A stretch of 45,094 bases of DNA from a virus (lineage: Duplodnaviria; Caudoviricetes): positions 1 through 45,094 of the IMG/VR virus record IMGVR_UViG_3300049982_000072; one strand, given 5' to 3'. The position numbers were made by a program, and so were the translations under genes. Under the pieces are notes generated by a model, which saw nothing but the letters and a program-made list of their open reading frames with translations, did no database searches and had not been told where the DNA came from. Below, piece by piece: positions 18,503-27,512 of this stretch (its first letter is position 1; each line of letters starts with the position of its first letter).

Positions 18503-18611
18503 ACGAACCCCTCTCGCGCTTAGGGCTCGGAGCCGCCAGACCACGACAGAGCGGGCGCGATTTCAGGTCGCGTCGGTTGACGTGCGGTACGGCTCCGAGC
18601 GGTCTAGGGGG

Positions 18612-19433
18612 TCAGGCCTGATAGTTCGGGAACACGGCCCGCGGATCGAGCCCGGCCGCCTTCAACGCGGCAATGGCCTCAGCGGTGGGCTCGTTGGCAA
18701 CCGGAGCGGTCGGGGCAGCAACCGGAGCGGCGGCGGGTGTCGGTGCGGGGCTCTGTGCGGGGCTCTGTGCGCCCGGCTCAGGCATCGGCGCGGCCTGGAC
18801 GGGCGCGGGTGCCGTCGTACCGCCCTGCGAGCGCTGAGCGGCTGCCATCTCTTCCGGCGTGGCCTCACGCATACCCGGCGGCACAACGGGGACCGCGGAT
18901 GGTCCAGAGCCCTGAATGTAGGCGGCGGTGTCGGCCGCGCGGGGGTCGGCCATTGGAGCAGGCGCGCCGGCCGAACCGTTGGACGTGCCGGGAACGGGCG
19001 TGGTGGGTGGGTAGTAGCGCGCCTCGTACACCTTGGCCGGGGTCGCGCCTTGCCCCTGCTCCTCACCGACCCACGCGACGAACAGTTGCCCCCGCGCCTC
19101 AAGCCCGGTGGCACCCGAGGCGATCACGGCATCACGAACGGCGTCCTTGAGCCGCTTGCCCTCGACATACAGACGGCGGATGCCGTCGTCTTCTGCGTCG
19201 GTGCGCTGGTCGGTCTGTACGTCGACCAACAGCCCGTAAATCGGGTCCCCGGACTTGGGAAAGGTTTTGGGCTTACCGGTGCCGTATTCAGTCTCCTGCC
19301 TTGCGGTTGGCTTGGCGACGAGTGCGCCGCCGACCCATACCCGGAACTGGTCAAGCTTGAGGGTCGGGAAGCCGCCGCCGCCCATCAGTACGTCGTTCGC
19401 GTCGGGTCGGTGCTGTTGGTGAGTCTCGGTCAT
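18612..19433 (-). CDS. Putative ssDNA-binding/replication protein
   Basis: OB-like N-terminus (VQTD...DDG.RRLYV.G) with Pro/Ala-rich tail; between nuclease and primase. Confidence 0.55.
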   Translation of the reverse strand: MTETHQQHRPDANDVLMGGGGFPTLKLDQFRVWVGGALVAKPTARQETEYGTGKPKTFPKSGDPIYGLLVDVQTDQRTDAEDDGIRRLYVEGKRLKDAVRDAVIASGATGLEARGQLFVAWVGEEQGQGATPAKVYEARYYPPTTPVPGTSNGSAGAPAPMADPRAADTAAYIQGSGPSAVPVVPPGMREATPEEMAAAQRSQGGTTAPAPVQAAPMPEPGAQSPAQSPAPTPAAAPVAAPTAPVANEPTAEAIAALKAAGLDPRAVFPNYQA

Positions 19434-19452
19434 GTGCGGATCTCCTGTAGGA

Positions 19453-20277
19453 CTAGGCGGGGATGAGGGAGAGGATCGGGTCGACTCGTTGGGGTCGGCT
19501 CTCGTGTCCGGGGCATCCGGCCGTCAGGTCGGTGCTGTGAGCAAGGAAGTACGGGCACCGGTGGCAGTAGGCGTCAGCGGTGGCAAGATGTGTGAGCGCG
19601 CCAGCACCGAGCGCCTGTGTCGCCAGCGCAATCCCGGTAGCGCGTTCGATGGCCTCCAGCGCCACCTGTTCGTCATACGGCTCATGCCAGACGTACGTCT
19701 CGGCTAGTTCGCCGTTGCGGGGCAGGAACACCACCATCACGTGATCCACCGGCAGCCCGCGCGCCCGCCACCCGCGGCCGTACAGATGCGCCTGTGCGCG
19801 GTACTGATGGCCGGGACCGAGGCGGCGGTACTTGGCGAGCTGTGACGGCCCGACCGACTTCCAATCGACCACGGTGGCGGTGGCCCGGTCGTACACGTCG
19901 CAGGACCCGTCAATGTCGCGTCCGAGGATCTGCCCGACCGTCACGCGCTGTTCGGTGTAGTACCGCTCCTGACCGGACCGGGTCCGTAGCTCGAAGTTCA
20001 TGTTCGCAGCGTCCAGCACGCCCTCTAGCCAACTGTGGAGGGCGGTGCCCACGGTCGCTTTCCAGTTCGGCTCGCCCGGCCGCTCCCCCTTGCCGAGCAT
20101 CTTGTAGCCGATCCGGCGCGCGCACGGGTCGCCCAGCTCCGAGGGACCAATTGCCTTCTGCAACGACCGCGGATGGTTGGTGATGGCGTCGGTGATCAGG
20201 TGCAACAGGTGCTCAGCGGTGTGCGCCGGGTCCTGACCGCGTTGGTTGAGGTGCGCCGGCAGAGCGTCGTACGCCAT
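19453..20277 (-). CDS. Cas4-like PD-(D/E)XK exonuclease
   Basis: IGPSELG.PC.R, GTALH, GSCD...VVDWK, QAHLY and C..CPY......C Fe-S ligand pattern. Confidence 0.85.
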   Translation of the reverse strand: MAYDALPAHLNQRGQDPAHTAEHLLHLITDAITNHPRSLQKAIGPSELGDPCARRIGYKMLGKGERPGEPNWKATVGTALHSWLEGVLDAANMNFELRTRSGQERYYTEQRVTVGQILGRDIDGSCDVYDRATATVVDWKSVGPSQLAKYRRLGPGHQYRAQAHLYGRGWRARGLPVDHVMVVFLPRNGELAETYVWHEPYDEQVALEAIERATGIALATQALGAGALTHLATADAYCHRCPYFLAHSTDLTAGCPGHESRPQRVDPILSLIPA

Positions 20278-20444
20278 CACCGCACCCCGAATACGACGAT
20301 TGCCGCAATCCACAGGGCGTTGATGAGCACGGCAACGGCCGCCGTCTCGGGCTTGATCGGCTTCCGCGGCTGGCCTACGCACGCAACGGTGATGATGGCC
20401 CCCAACAGGAACCACACGGCGAGGACCCACAAGAACCAGCTCAC
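20277..20444 (-). CDS. Small two-TM membrane protein
   Basis: Two hydrophobic stretches; translationally coupled. Confidence 0.6.
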   Translation of the reverse strand: MSWFLWVLAVWFLLGAIITVACVGQPRKPIKPETAAVAVLINALWIAAIVVFGVR

Positions 20445-20593
20445 GACTCGCCCCCCTGCATGCGCATCATCTCCGCGATGATCTGCAACGCCTGCCGCTC
20501 GGTGAACCCCTCCGAGGTGAGGGCAATGAACATCTCGCGGAACGCGTGCGCCAACGCGCGGGAATCGGCAGACGGCTCGATCGGTACGCCCAT
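20441..20593 (-). CDS. Hypothetical protein (50 aa, MGVPIEPSADSRALAHAFREMFIAL..EGFTERQAL)
   Basis: Hand-translated, below the track cut-off; overlaps both neighbours at start/stop. Confidence 0.65.
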   Translation of the reverse strand: MGVPIEPSADSRALAHAFREMFIALTSEGFTERQALQIIAEMMRMQGGES

Positions 20594-20802
20594 CACGCGT
20601 CCACCCACTCAAGCTCGGTGCCGCCGCCGTGGCCGTGCACGCTCATAGCCGCCGAGACCGATCCCCAGACGACCGTAGACGGGTTGACGCCCAACCACCG
20701 GATGACGACCGCGCCATCGGGGAACTGAACGCCGAGGGCAACAATCCCGGTACCGGATACGCCGCTCACGTCGACGTGCCGACGCAACCTGAAACGCCTC
20801 AC
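20593..20802 (-). CDS. Conserved hypothetical phage protein
   Basis: F.L.R..DVSGVSGTG.VA.GV.F.DG..V.RW...HGH.G.T motif recurrent in actinophages. Confidence 0.75.
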   Translation of the reverse strand: MRRFRLRRHVDVSGVSGTGIVALGVQFPDGAVVIRWLGVNPSTVVWGSVSAAMSVHGHGGGTELEWVDA

Positions 20803-20999
20803 GAGTCATCACCCGGCCAACACCCGGCGGTCGTGCACACGCTGTGCCGCTGACCGCAGTGGTAGTGCCAACCACTGACATCACACCCATGCACCCCGCA
20901 GTGCCCGGACGGCATCACACCGACCCTGCCCACCGCGTGACCGCACACCCGGCACACCTTCCGCGGCTCAGCCGTTGCTACTGCTGTTGCTGTCGGCAT
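20799..20999 (-). CDS. Small Cys/His-rich hypothetical protein
   Basis: CxxC and HC patterns; coupled in operon. Confidence 0.5.
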   Translation of the reverse strand: MPTATAVATAEPRKVCRVCGHAVGRVGVMPSGHCGVHGCDVSGWHYHCGQRHSVCTTAGCWPGDDS

Positions 21000-21273
21000 C
21001 CCTGATCAGCTCCCTCATTCGTCGTTCTGCGCGGTCCCGGTCGGCCTTGACGGCGGCGCACAGGTTGCACCGGCAATAGGCATCGGTGTAGCCCGAATAC
21101 GTGCCGTGGGTAATGCCGTGGGCAACGTATTTGCGGGGGTCGTCGGCGTCGCGCTGCCGGGCGGACGCCTGCCGCCGCTTGTCCCGCATGTATTGGCGTT
21201 TCGCACGCCGGCACACCTGGCACCGACACCCGTTGGTGTAGCGGCTGTAGCCGTGCCCGGCGGTCTCGTCCAC
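20968..21273 (-). CDS. Hypothetical protein with two HG..Y...CRCxxC Zn-binding repeats
   Basis: HGYSRYTNGCRCQVCR and HGTYSGYTDAYCRCNLC. Confidence 0.7.
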   Translation of the reverse strand: MDETAGHGYSRYTNGCRCQVCRRAKRQYMRDKRRQASARQRDADDPRKYVAHGITHGTYSGYTDAYCRCNLCAAVKADRDRAERRMRELIRDADSNSSSNG

Positions 21274-21695
21274 TACTTCACGCTGACCCGTGCGTCGCCG
21301 CTGCCGGGCTCCATAACCAGCTCAAGCAGTGCGGGCGGCAGGAAGTTTTTGACTTTCTTGGCGTCGAACCCATCGGCCTTGCAGAGTGCGCGCTGTTCGT
21401 CGTTCAGCAGCTCCACGGCCTTGGCCACGTTGAACGACCGGTTGGGCGGCGTCACCGTGACGGCCACACCACAGGGGGCCTTGTGTGCGCCCTCACCGAG
21501 TGCCCGGAACCGCGTTTTGATGGCGCTCATCTCGCCCTGGACTTCCGACAGGAACTCGTCCAGTTCCATGTAGCGCTGTGCGTCGGCGTCGAAGTCGTCT
21601 TGTGTATAAGGCATACGGGTTCCTCGTCTCTGAGCGTTGAGCAGTACGTCTCGGATCGCGCGCACGGCCGCTAGCTGCTCATCCGTGGGAGTCAT
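21273..21695 (-). CDS. Hypothetical protein (coiled-coil)
   Basis: ATGA overlap with the MTase stop; protein-like composition. Confidence 0.65.
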   Translation of the reverse strand: MTPTDEQLAAVRAIRDVLLNAQRRGTRMPYTQDDFDADAQRYMELDEFLSEVQGEMSAIKTRFRALGEGAHKAPCGVAVTVTPPNRSFNVAKAVELLNDEQRALCKADGFDAKKVKNFLPPALLELVMEPGSGDARVSVK

Positions 21696-22711
21696 GCGGC
21701 GGTCTCCTCACTCGTGCGGGTGATGCCCAGCGCGGCCGACAGCACGGCGCGGGCAAGGACAGGCGGAATCGCGTTCGCCACTTGCTGAAACTGGTCAGTC
21801 CGGAAGCCGGCCCACGGGTACTCGGCCGGGAACGTCTGCAACCGGGCGGCCTCGTCCAGCAGTACGCGGGTGCCGCTGCCGTCGTTGCGGAACCGGGTCC
21901 ACGACCGCGCCTTGCCGGTAATCGACCATGAAGGCAATGCGGCTTTACGCAGGTCCCGACCGCGGTATGTCTGGCCGCCGATCGTGACGCGGTCGTGCCG
22001 GTCGGCCTTGCGGGGGAAGCCGATCAGGTCGGACGGGTTCCACCCCAACGCGTCGGTCATGCTCACCCAACAGAGCAGGTCGGGATCGAGGCGGTATTGG
22101 TCGCGACGGTGAAAGCGGCTGTGTGTCGGCGCGGGCATAGCGGCCGGGCCGTCGAGCCGGGCCACGAGAATGGCCCGCCGCCGTGTCTGCGGTACGCCAT
22201 ACGCCTCCGCGTCAAGGTTGCCGTAAGCAATCGAGTACCCCATCCGGTTGAGGTATCCGGCCATCAGCCGCCACACCGGAAGCACTTGCGCAACCTGCTC
22301 AAGGGCGATCCACCGATACGGACGCCCGGCCCAGTGCGCCTCAAGCACCCACCGCAACGGCTCCAAAACAAGGCCGGTGCGCTCATCACTGAACCCGTCA
22401 TAGTTCAGCCGGCCGACGCGGGACAGCTCGACCGACGCCGACCAGATGGCGTGTAGCTCACCGTGTGCGCTCTTGAGCCCGGACACCGCGAACGTCTGGC
22501 ACGGCGGCGACGCAATCAGCCCCTCAGCCTCGGGGAAGTCGCCGGGACCCACATGCCGCACGTCATGGTGAATGGTCTTGAACCCGGCCGCACAGGAGGT
22601 GTCAACCGCGTTGGCGTCCAGCTCGATCCCTACCGACTCGATCCCCAAGGCGGCCTCGCCGCCGCCCCAGCCGCGGGCACCGGAGAACAGGTCAACGGCA
22701 TGCACGGTCAT
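21692..22711 (-). CDS. C5 cytosine DNA methyltransferase (orphan)
   Basis: Motif I DLFSG, IV SPPCQ, VI LEQV, VIII YGVPQTRRR, IX/X EAARLQTFP...QVANAIPP. Confidence 0.92.
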   Translation of the reverse strand: MTVHAVDLFSGARGWGGGEAALGIESVGIELDANAVDTSCAAGFKTIHHDVRHVGPGDFPEAEGLIASPPCQTFAVSGLKSAHGELHAIWSASVELSRVGRLNYDGFSDERTGLVLEPLRWVLEAHWAGRPYRWIALEQVAQVLPVWRLMAGYLNRMGYSIAYGNLDAEAYGVPQTRRRAILVARLDGPAAMPAPTHSRFHRRDQYRLDPDLLCWVSMTDALGWNPSDLIGFPRKADRHDRVTIGGQTYRGRDLRKAALPSWSITGKARSWTRFRNDGSGTRVLLDEAARLQTFPAEYPWAGFRTDQFQQVANAIPPVLARAVLSAALGITRTSEETAA

Positions 22712-22932
22712 GAGGCACCGCCCACGTGTCGCGCCGTCGAGCACAACGGCAGCGCGGCAGCCTTTTCCCGTTCGGCCATCGAACCGGTTCCGTACCAACA
22801 CGTTCCCCACCGCGGTTGCCGACTGCAACGGATGCACGTCGGGTAGCCCTCATTGGGTGAGGAATAGACCGGCAGGATGTGCGCGACGACGCCGGTGGGC
22901 AGGTAGACGCGGGTTTCCCCCTGTGCCGTCAT
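22708..22932 (-). CDS. Hypothetical protein
   Basis: WYGTGS..EREKAA.LPLC motif; ATGA overlaps. Confidence 0.6.
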   Translation of the reverse strand: MTAQGETRVYLPTGVVAHILPVYSSPNEGYPTCIRCSRQPRWGTCWYGTGSMAEREKAAALPLCSTARHVGGAS

Positions 22933-23231
22933 GGTGTCTTCACCGCCGGGGCGACCATTCCCGAGCCCGGACACGGCATCCGGCGACCCTTGCCAACGAC
23001 CTTGTTGTGGTCCCGGAAAACCTCGGTGCCGTCAGCGGCACGGATGACCCCGAACTCTCTATCTGCAAGGCACTTGGGGCAGGACGCGAACCGGATGGAG
23101 ACCGCCGGCCGACGCTTGGATTCGTTCATCTGACGCGCCGGTTGCTCCGGAACCTCGATCGGCAACGGGTCCTGTGGAATGTCATCGTGCCGCCGCTTGA
23201 TCCGCTCGTAGTCCTTGTCCTGAGGCGTCAT
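22929..23231 (-). CDS. Hypothetical Zn-binding protein
   Basis: CPKC...H...CPGSG pattern. Confidence 0.6.
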   Translation of the reverse strand: MTPQDKDYERIKRRHDDIPQDPLPIEVPEQPARQMNESKRRPAVSIRFASCPKCLADREFGVIRAADGTEVFRDHNKVVGKGRRMPCPGSGMVAPAVKTP

Positions 23232-23485
23232 GCGGCATCACGCCAACTACGCACGAGCTGATTAGCTCGCAGTACGACGCGTTCGGCCGACAGTGGCCGG
23301 TTGTCCAGAAGGGCGCACCGGCGTACGGACCGGTGCAGCGTCGCCAACGCCAGATGCGGTGCCCCGTCAACGATCTGCTGCACGGCTGTCCTGACCGCGT
23401 AGTGCTGGCACTGCCCGGCGAGCATGATGCTGTCGGAACTGACGACCTCAACGGGGGTTGCCGGGGGCAAGGTGTGAACGGTCAT
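23228..23485 (-). CDS. Hypothetical protein
   Basis: Start MTVHTLPP; coupled overlaps. Confidence 0.55.
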   Translation of the reverse strand: MTVHTLPPATPVEVVSSDSIMLAGQCQHYAVRTAVQQIVDGAPHLALATLHRSVRRCALLDNRPLSAERVVLRANQLVRSWRDAA

Positions 23486-23670
23486 CAGTCGTCCCACGTC
23501 CCGTGAGCCGCGCACGCCGGGTCCGTGGCCGTCAGGTGGAGGGTGTCGTACTCCTGCCCGCCCCACTCACACGTGCACGTCACGATCGGCGCGCGCAGGG
23601 CGTCCGAGCACATCGCGTAACCCTCGAAGCAGGAGGGCTCGCCGCATGCCGAGCACACCAACAGCGTCAT
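23485..23670 (-). CDS. Small Cys-rich hypothetical protein
   Basis: Start MTLLVCSACG; coupled overlaps. Confidence 0.55.
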   Translation of the reverse strand: MTLLVCSACGEPSCFEGYAMCSDALRAPIVTCTCEWGGQEYDTLHLTATDPACAAHGTWDD

Positions 23671-23924
23671 ACGTCCTCCCCCAAGATGGCCTCTACGTCC
23701 ATGGGACCGCCCGGCAGCTCGACCACATCCGGTGCCAGCGGCAACAGACGGGAGGTCGGGACCCGCAGTGTCAGCTTGACCACGTCGCACCCCTCTTTGG
23801 GTGGGCTCGGATACCGCTGTGTCACCCGTACGGCCTTAAGGCCGGTGATCACCACGTCGCCGTTGGTGTAGCGGTCAAACTCGGGCTCGATCTGAACCCA
23901 GAACGTCACGTCACGCGTGGTCAT
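23667..23924 (-). CDS. Hypothetical protein
   Basis: Start MTTRDVTFWVQIEP; ATGA overlaps. Confidence 0.6.
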   Translation of the reverse strand: MTTRDVTFWVQIEPEFDRYTNGDVVITGLKAVRVTQRYPSPPKEGCDVVKLTLRVPTSRLLPLAPDVVELPGGPMDVEAILGEDV

Positions 23925-24202
23925 GCCGCCACCGACTCGCCGCGCTGTGCACGTACCGCCGCTTCCGCCCGGACGCGTTCCTTGGCGGTCATGCCGCCCC
24001 AGACGCCGCGCCGTTCGCTTGCCGGTAGCCCCCACTCGCACGCCAACGCGTACGCCCGGCAGGAGCGGATTACGGGGCAGGTTCGGCAATAGCTCTTGGC
24101 CTCGGTGTACTTGCCGCCCATCTGCGGGCTGAGGTGCCACAGGTCCGCATCCATCTGTGCACACAGGGCGTAGGACTGCCACGCGTAGTCGTCGGCGCTC
24201 AT
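23921..24202 (-). CDS. whiB: WhiB family transcriptional regulator
   Basis: W...ALC...D..LW...AK..C..CPV...C..YAL...GVWGG.T..ER. Confidence 0.92.
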   Translation of the reverse strand: MSADDYAWQSYALCAQMDADLWHLSPQMGGKYTEAKSYCRTCPVIRSCRAYALACEWGLPASERRGVWGGMTAKERVRAEAAVRAQRGESVAA

Positions 24203-24678
24203 GACGCGGCCTCGTCCGGGGTGACGGGGTCGCCCCACTCGTCGGGGTCGTCGCGGTGAGCTTGGTAGTACTCCGCATGCGTCGGCATCGTCCTTTGGGT
24301 GCCGGTGGCAACGGTCGTGGTCAACGGTTCCGACCCGCCGCCGTAGCCGGCCGAGTTCAACAGCGCGGCGAACGTCCAGCCGTCCACGATCACGTAGCCG
24401 TTGCCCGCCGACGCGTGCCCGCGGCGCTTCATCCACACCGCCCCGAGGTTCGCGCCGTCGTTCTCTGCCTCGAGGTTCGCCTCGTCCAGGTGTGCGGCGA
24501 GCGCGGCCGTCTTGGTGGCCTTGGCCTCGATCACCACACCGGGAATCCCGGCAATGTCGCCCCGGTCCTTGTTGCCGGACAGGGTGCGGCGTTCGACGTA
24601 CGGCCATCCGCACGACTTCAGAAACGACACGATTTCGGATTCCCACGCGGTGCCGCGCTGTTTCGATGGGTTACTCAC
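24199..24678 (-). CDS. Holliday junction resolvase (archaeal Hjc-type PD-(D/E)XK)
   Basis: SKQRGT.WE..IV..L, D.GDI.G...VIEAK motifs. Confidence 0.85.
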   Translation of the reverse strand: MSNPSKQRGTAWESEIVSFLKSCGWPYVERRTLSGNKDRGDIAGIPGVVIEAKATKTAALAAHLDEANLEAENDGANLGAVWMKRRGHASAGNGYVIVDGWTFAALLNSAGYGGGSEPLTTTVATGTQRTMPTHAEYYQAHRDDPDEWGDPVTPDEAAS

Positions 24679-24873
24679 GGGCGGACTCCCCTTGTTTTAG
24701 GCGTGTTTGAGCCCCTCGCCGGTCTTGCGTTACGGCGGCAACGGTCGGACACCCGCCCCATGGGGGGTGATTCCGGCGAGCGGGCGTCGGACGTGCTCAG
24801 TCCCGACGACCGGCGAGGGGGGGGGTTCTGGTGGGGACCAGCCGGCATAAGTTGCCGGGGTCAACAGACGGCG

Positions 24874-25095
24874 CTAGGACGCCTTGCGTTTACGGCGCTC
24901 ACGACCGTCAGCGGTCGGCGCAACGTGCTGGGATTCGATGTAGTCGGACAGGTCCGACGGGGTGAAGTAGACGATGCTGCCGCGCCGTGTGAAGCCGATC
25001 TGACCTGAGGCCCTGAGGCGCTGCAAGGTCCGGACCGAACAGCCGAGTACGACGGCGGCTTCCGCAAACGTCTTGAGGTCCGGACTGCGGGTCAT
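24874..25095 (-). CDS. Excisionase/BldC-like HTH (HTH_17) protein
   Basis: LKTFAEAAVVLGCSVRTLQRL..SG.I...R.G..V.F...DL..YI. Confidence 0.82.
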   Translation of the reverse strand: MTRSPDLKTFAEAAVVLGCSVRTLQRLRASGQIGFTRRGSIVYFTPSDLSDYIESQHVAPTADGRERRKRKAS

Positions 25096-25468
25096 CGGCG
25101 GTCCCTCCCTTAGCGGTGGTTCGGGGCGTGTTGGTGCTAGACATTGCGGTCTCTGTCTGCCCCTGTCCACCACGCCCGACCCTCAGAGTCGCTTTGGCAC
25201 TGAGAGTCCGAGGTTGACGCTGTCTGTCCACTAGGGTCCACAGCGCTTGCCCCGCTCGACCCGGCATCGGGGCTACCGTGGGGACGACCCGGCTCCTGAC
25301 AGGACAGGTCACAACGAGCGAAATCGCCAGACGTTACGGCCATGGCCGAACTTTCACGAAACCGATGGAATCCGGATGCCTTCGGCAACGTCAGCCACGC
25401 TCAAACATCACAGACGCGTCACCGGACCCCTGATAATCGATCGTTCGAAATTGACGACTCTGTCGGCC

Positions 25469-25498
25469 TAGACCTGTCACTGTCCGTCGCTCTAGGGT
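25469..25498 (+). promoter_or_regulatory. Putative rightward promoter with an ACCTGT half-site over the -35
   Basis: TAGACC-N18-TAGGGT. Confidence 0.4.
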
Positions 25499-25735
25499 TC
25501 TGCTCATGGCCTCACGGGGGGGCCACCAGCGGACACCAACACGGATGACGGCTGGGGACACGACATGCAGCCGGGAACGCGCCTAGCCCCCGCCCGATCC
25601 CACGTGGTGCACGTCTGAGTACGCCAACTTCTGGGGAGTTTTGACGCTATGCGCGTTCAGTTGGGGCACACGCCGGATAGACCGGTGCAACTTTTGCACA
25701 CCGGTGCCGGGCCGGTACTTGTGCTGTGTGAGGGA

Positions 25736-26011
25736 ATGCGCGTCAGTGCGGAGGTGGTACGGCGGCTGGACGACCTACTCCGGACGTACGAGCCGCACGC
25801 ACCGCACACGCCGCGCATGTTCCGGTACGCCGCCGCCGCCGAGGCATTGGGCGTCAGCCCGCAGTGGCTGAAAACGCGGATCAAGAACAATGAGATTCCC
25901 TACCACCGGGTCGGCACGTACGTGCGGTTCACGGCCGAAGACATAGAGACGATTCGAGACAGCATGCGCCGAGGCCCCGCCGCCGGCCGAACCAAACAGG
26001 GGGGCACCTGA
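25736..26011 (+). CDS. Excisionase/BldC-like HTH (HTH_17) protein
   Basis: AAAEALGVSPQWL...I.N.EIPYHRVG.YVRFT.EDI. Confidence 0.82.
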   Translation: MRVSAEVVRRLDDLLRTYEPHAPHTPRMFRYAAAAEALGVSPQWLKTRIKNNEIPYHRVGTYVRFTAEDIETIRDSMRRGPAAGRTKQGGT

Positions 26012-26616
26012 TGCCCGCCAAGCCACCCGAGGAGCGCCCGGCCGCACCCGCCAAGCGACCGAGCACCCCAACCACTCAAGGATCAGCGACCCGACCTCAG
26101 CGCATCACGGTCCGGACCCGTTGGTCCGAACACGATCACTTGTTCCGAGTATGTCTGGAGGTTCCGGCGCATCAGGTGCGGGTGTTCCTGACCCACCGGC
26201 AGGCGTTCGACCACGCCCAGGCGGTTATCACCGCCGCCCACCGCGCCCACTATGACGCGCTGATGCTGCACCAGTTCGCCGGGAAATTTCACGTGCCGGT
26301 GGCAACGGTGTCCAACGTGATCCGCGAGGCCCGCAAGCACCGGCCGCCGCTGGCTGAGGTGAACACCGACCCGTTGCGGTTCGACTCCGGCGTGGACGGC
26401 AAGTCCGGCCGCGGGTACGTCGCGGTGTCGGTCGGTGTGGAACGGGTCGCCCGCTGGAACGTCAACGAGGCCGACGCCTACGCCCGCACCGTGATCGGCA
26501 TGACCGAGCGGGCCGACAACGAGACGGCGACCTTCAAGACGCTGACCACGTGGGGTGCGGAGGAACAGCGGGTACGGACCGCCCTTGCCGAGATGCACGC
26601 CCCGCACGAGTTCTAG
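26011..26616 (+). CDS. Hypothetical protein
   Basis: 201 aa, TGATG coupling to the upstream gene. Confidence 0.7.
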   Translation: MPAKPPEERPAAPAKRPSTPTTQGSATRPQRITVRTRWSEHDHLFRVCLEVPAHQVRVFLTHRQAFDHAQAVITAAHRAHYDALMLHQFAGKFHVPVATVSNVIREARKHRPPLAEVNTDPLRFDSGVDGKSGRGYVAVSVGVERVARWNVNEADAYARTVIGMTERADNETATFKTLTTWGAEEQRVRTALAEMHAPHEF

Positions 26617-26624
26617 GGGACGAC

Positions 26625-26804
26625 ATGGTGATTCGAATGCGGCCGGGAACCCCGCTGTTGGTCGTCGCGTGGTTCGAGGTGGCCGTAGCAGTGAAGGCCG
26701 TTACCGACGTAGAGCCACGGTCGGCCGCCGTCGCGTTGGGGTACGCCGTACTTGATCGGGTGTTGTCCGCCCTCCTGGACCGTTGGAAAGGACCTAGACG
26801 ATGA
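26625..26804 (+). CDS. Small membrane protein
   Basis: Start MVIRMRPG; hydrophobic segments; RBS GGGGA. Confidence 0.5.
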   Translation: MVIRMRPGTPLLVVAWFEVAVAVKAVTDVEPRSAAVALGYAVLDRVLSALLDRWKGPRR

Positions 26805-27073
26805 CCATTGCCCCCAGCAATCGCGCCGAGTCGAGCGCGCCGGCCGAATCGGTGGTAACCAAGTTGGTGGCCCGCCGGAAGGCCCTCGGTCTACGGCAAT
26901 GCGACGTGGCCGCGCGGATGCACGTCGGTCAGTCGGCAGTGTGCCAGTTCGAGCGGACCCAGAATCCGTACATGTCCACGCTGATGCGCTATGCCGATGC
27001 GGTCGGGGTGTCGGTGTCGGTCGAGCTGCACGCGCCGGACCGTGTCGACAGGGACGACGGAGACGAGACATGA
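26801..27073 (+). CDS. XRE-family HTH DNA-binding protein
   Basis: L...RK.LGL.Q..VA.RM.V.QSAV..FE....NP..STL.RYA.AVG. Confidence 0.85.
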   Translation: MTIAPSNRAESSAPAESVVTKLVARRKALGLRQCDVAARMHVGQSAVCQFERTQNPYMSTLMRYADAVGVSVSVELHAPDRVDRDDGDET

Positions 27074-27291
27074 CGCGGCGGCACATGTGGGCGTCACTGC
27101 GGGAGCAGCACCTCAGCACCTCGGAGCAGTGGGCGGCGTACGCGCGGGCCAGGGCCACCCTGGACGCCTGTTGGATCATCTTGTGCCGCGAGGGACTGTG
27201 CGTGTGGTGGGTGAGTCCGGACAGCTCCCACCGCGACTACGTCAGCGGCGTCGGGCCGGTCGACTGCCCGTGCAAGCGGAACGACCCATGA
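27070..27291 (+). CDS. Hypothetical protein
   Basis: Start MTRRHMW; ATGA overlaps. Confidence 0.55.
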   Translation: MTRRHMWASLREQHLSTSEQWAAYARARATLDACWIILCREGLCVWWVSPDSSHRDYVSGVGPVDCPCKRNDP

Positions 27292-27512
27292 ACGAGATGT
27301 ACCGCAAGGCCACCGGCCGCGCCCACCTTCCCGACCCCTACCTGCCCGAACCGATCCACGATTGGGTACACGACCCGTGGGGGTGGACGGTCTACACCAC
27401 GTGCGGCCTTGTGCTGCGTCGGAGTCAACCGGTGGACGGTGCCCCGGACCTGTGCCGGAAGTGCCGTCAGCGGGCCACACAACGCGCCGCACAGGGCACG
27501 GTGGGGACATGA
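27288..27512 (+). CDS. Hypothetical Zn-binding protein
   Basis: AHL...TTCG...LCRKC pattern. Confidence 0.55.
   Translation: MNEMYRKATGRAHLPDPYLPEPIHDWVHDPWGWTVYTTCGLVLRRSQPVDGAPDLCRKCRQRATQRAAQGTVGT

Noticed and set aside
19453-20277. Cas4-like gene as evidence of CRISPR-Cas
   Set aside because: No repeat-spacer array or other cas genes seen; solo Cas4-like nucleases are routine in actinophage replication modules
26801-27073. XRE HTH as the CI immunity repressor
   Set aside because: Mid-operon, translationally coupled, no C-terminal domain and no adjacent operators; not excluded but unlikely
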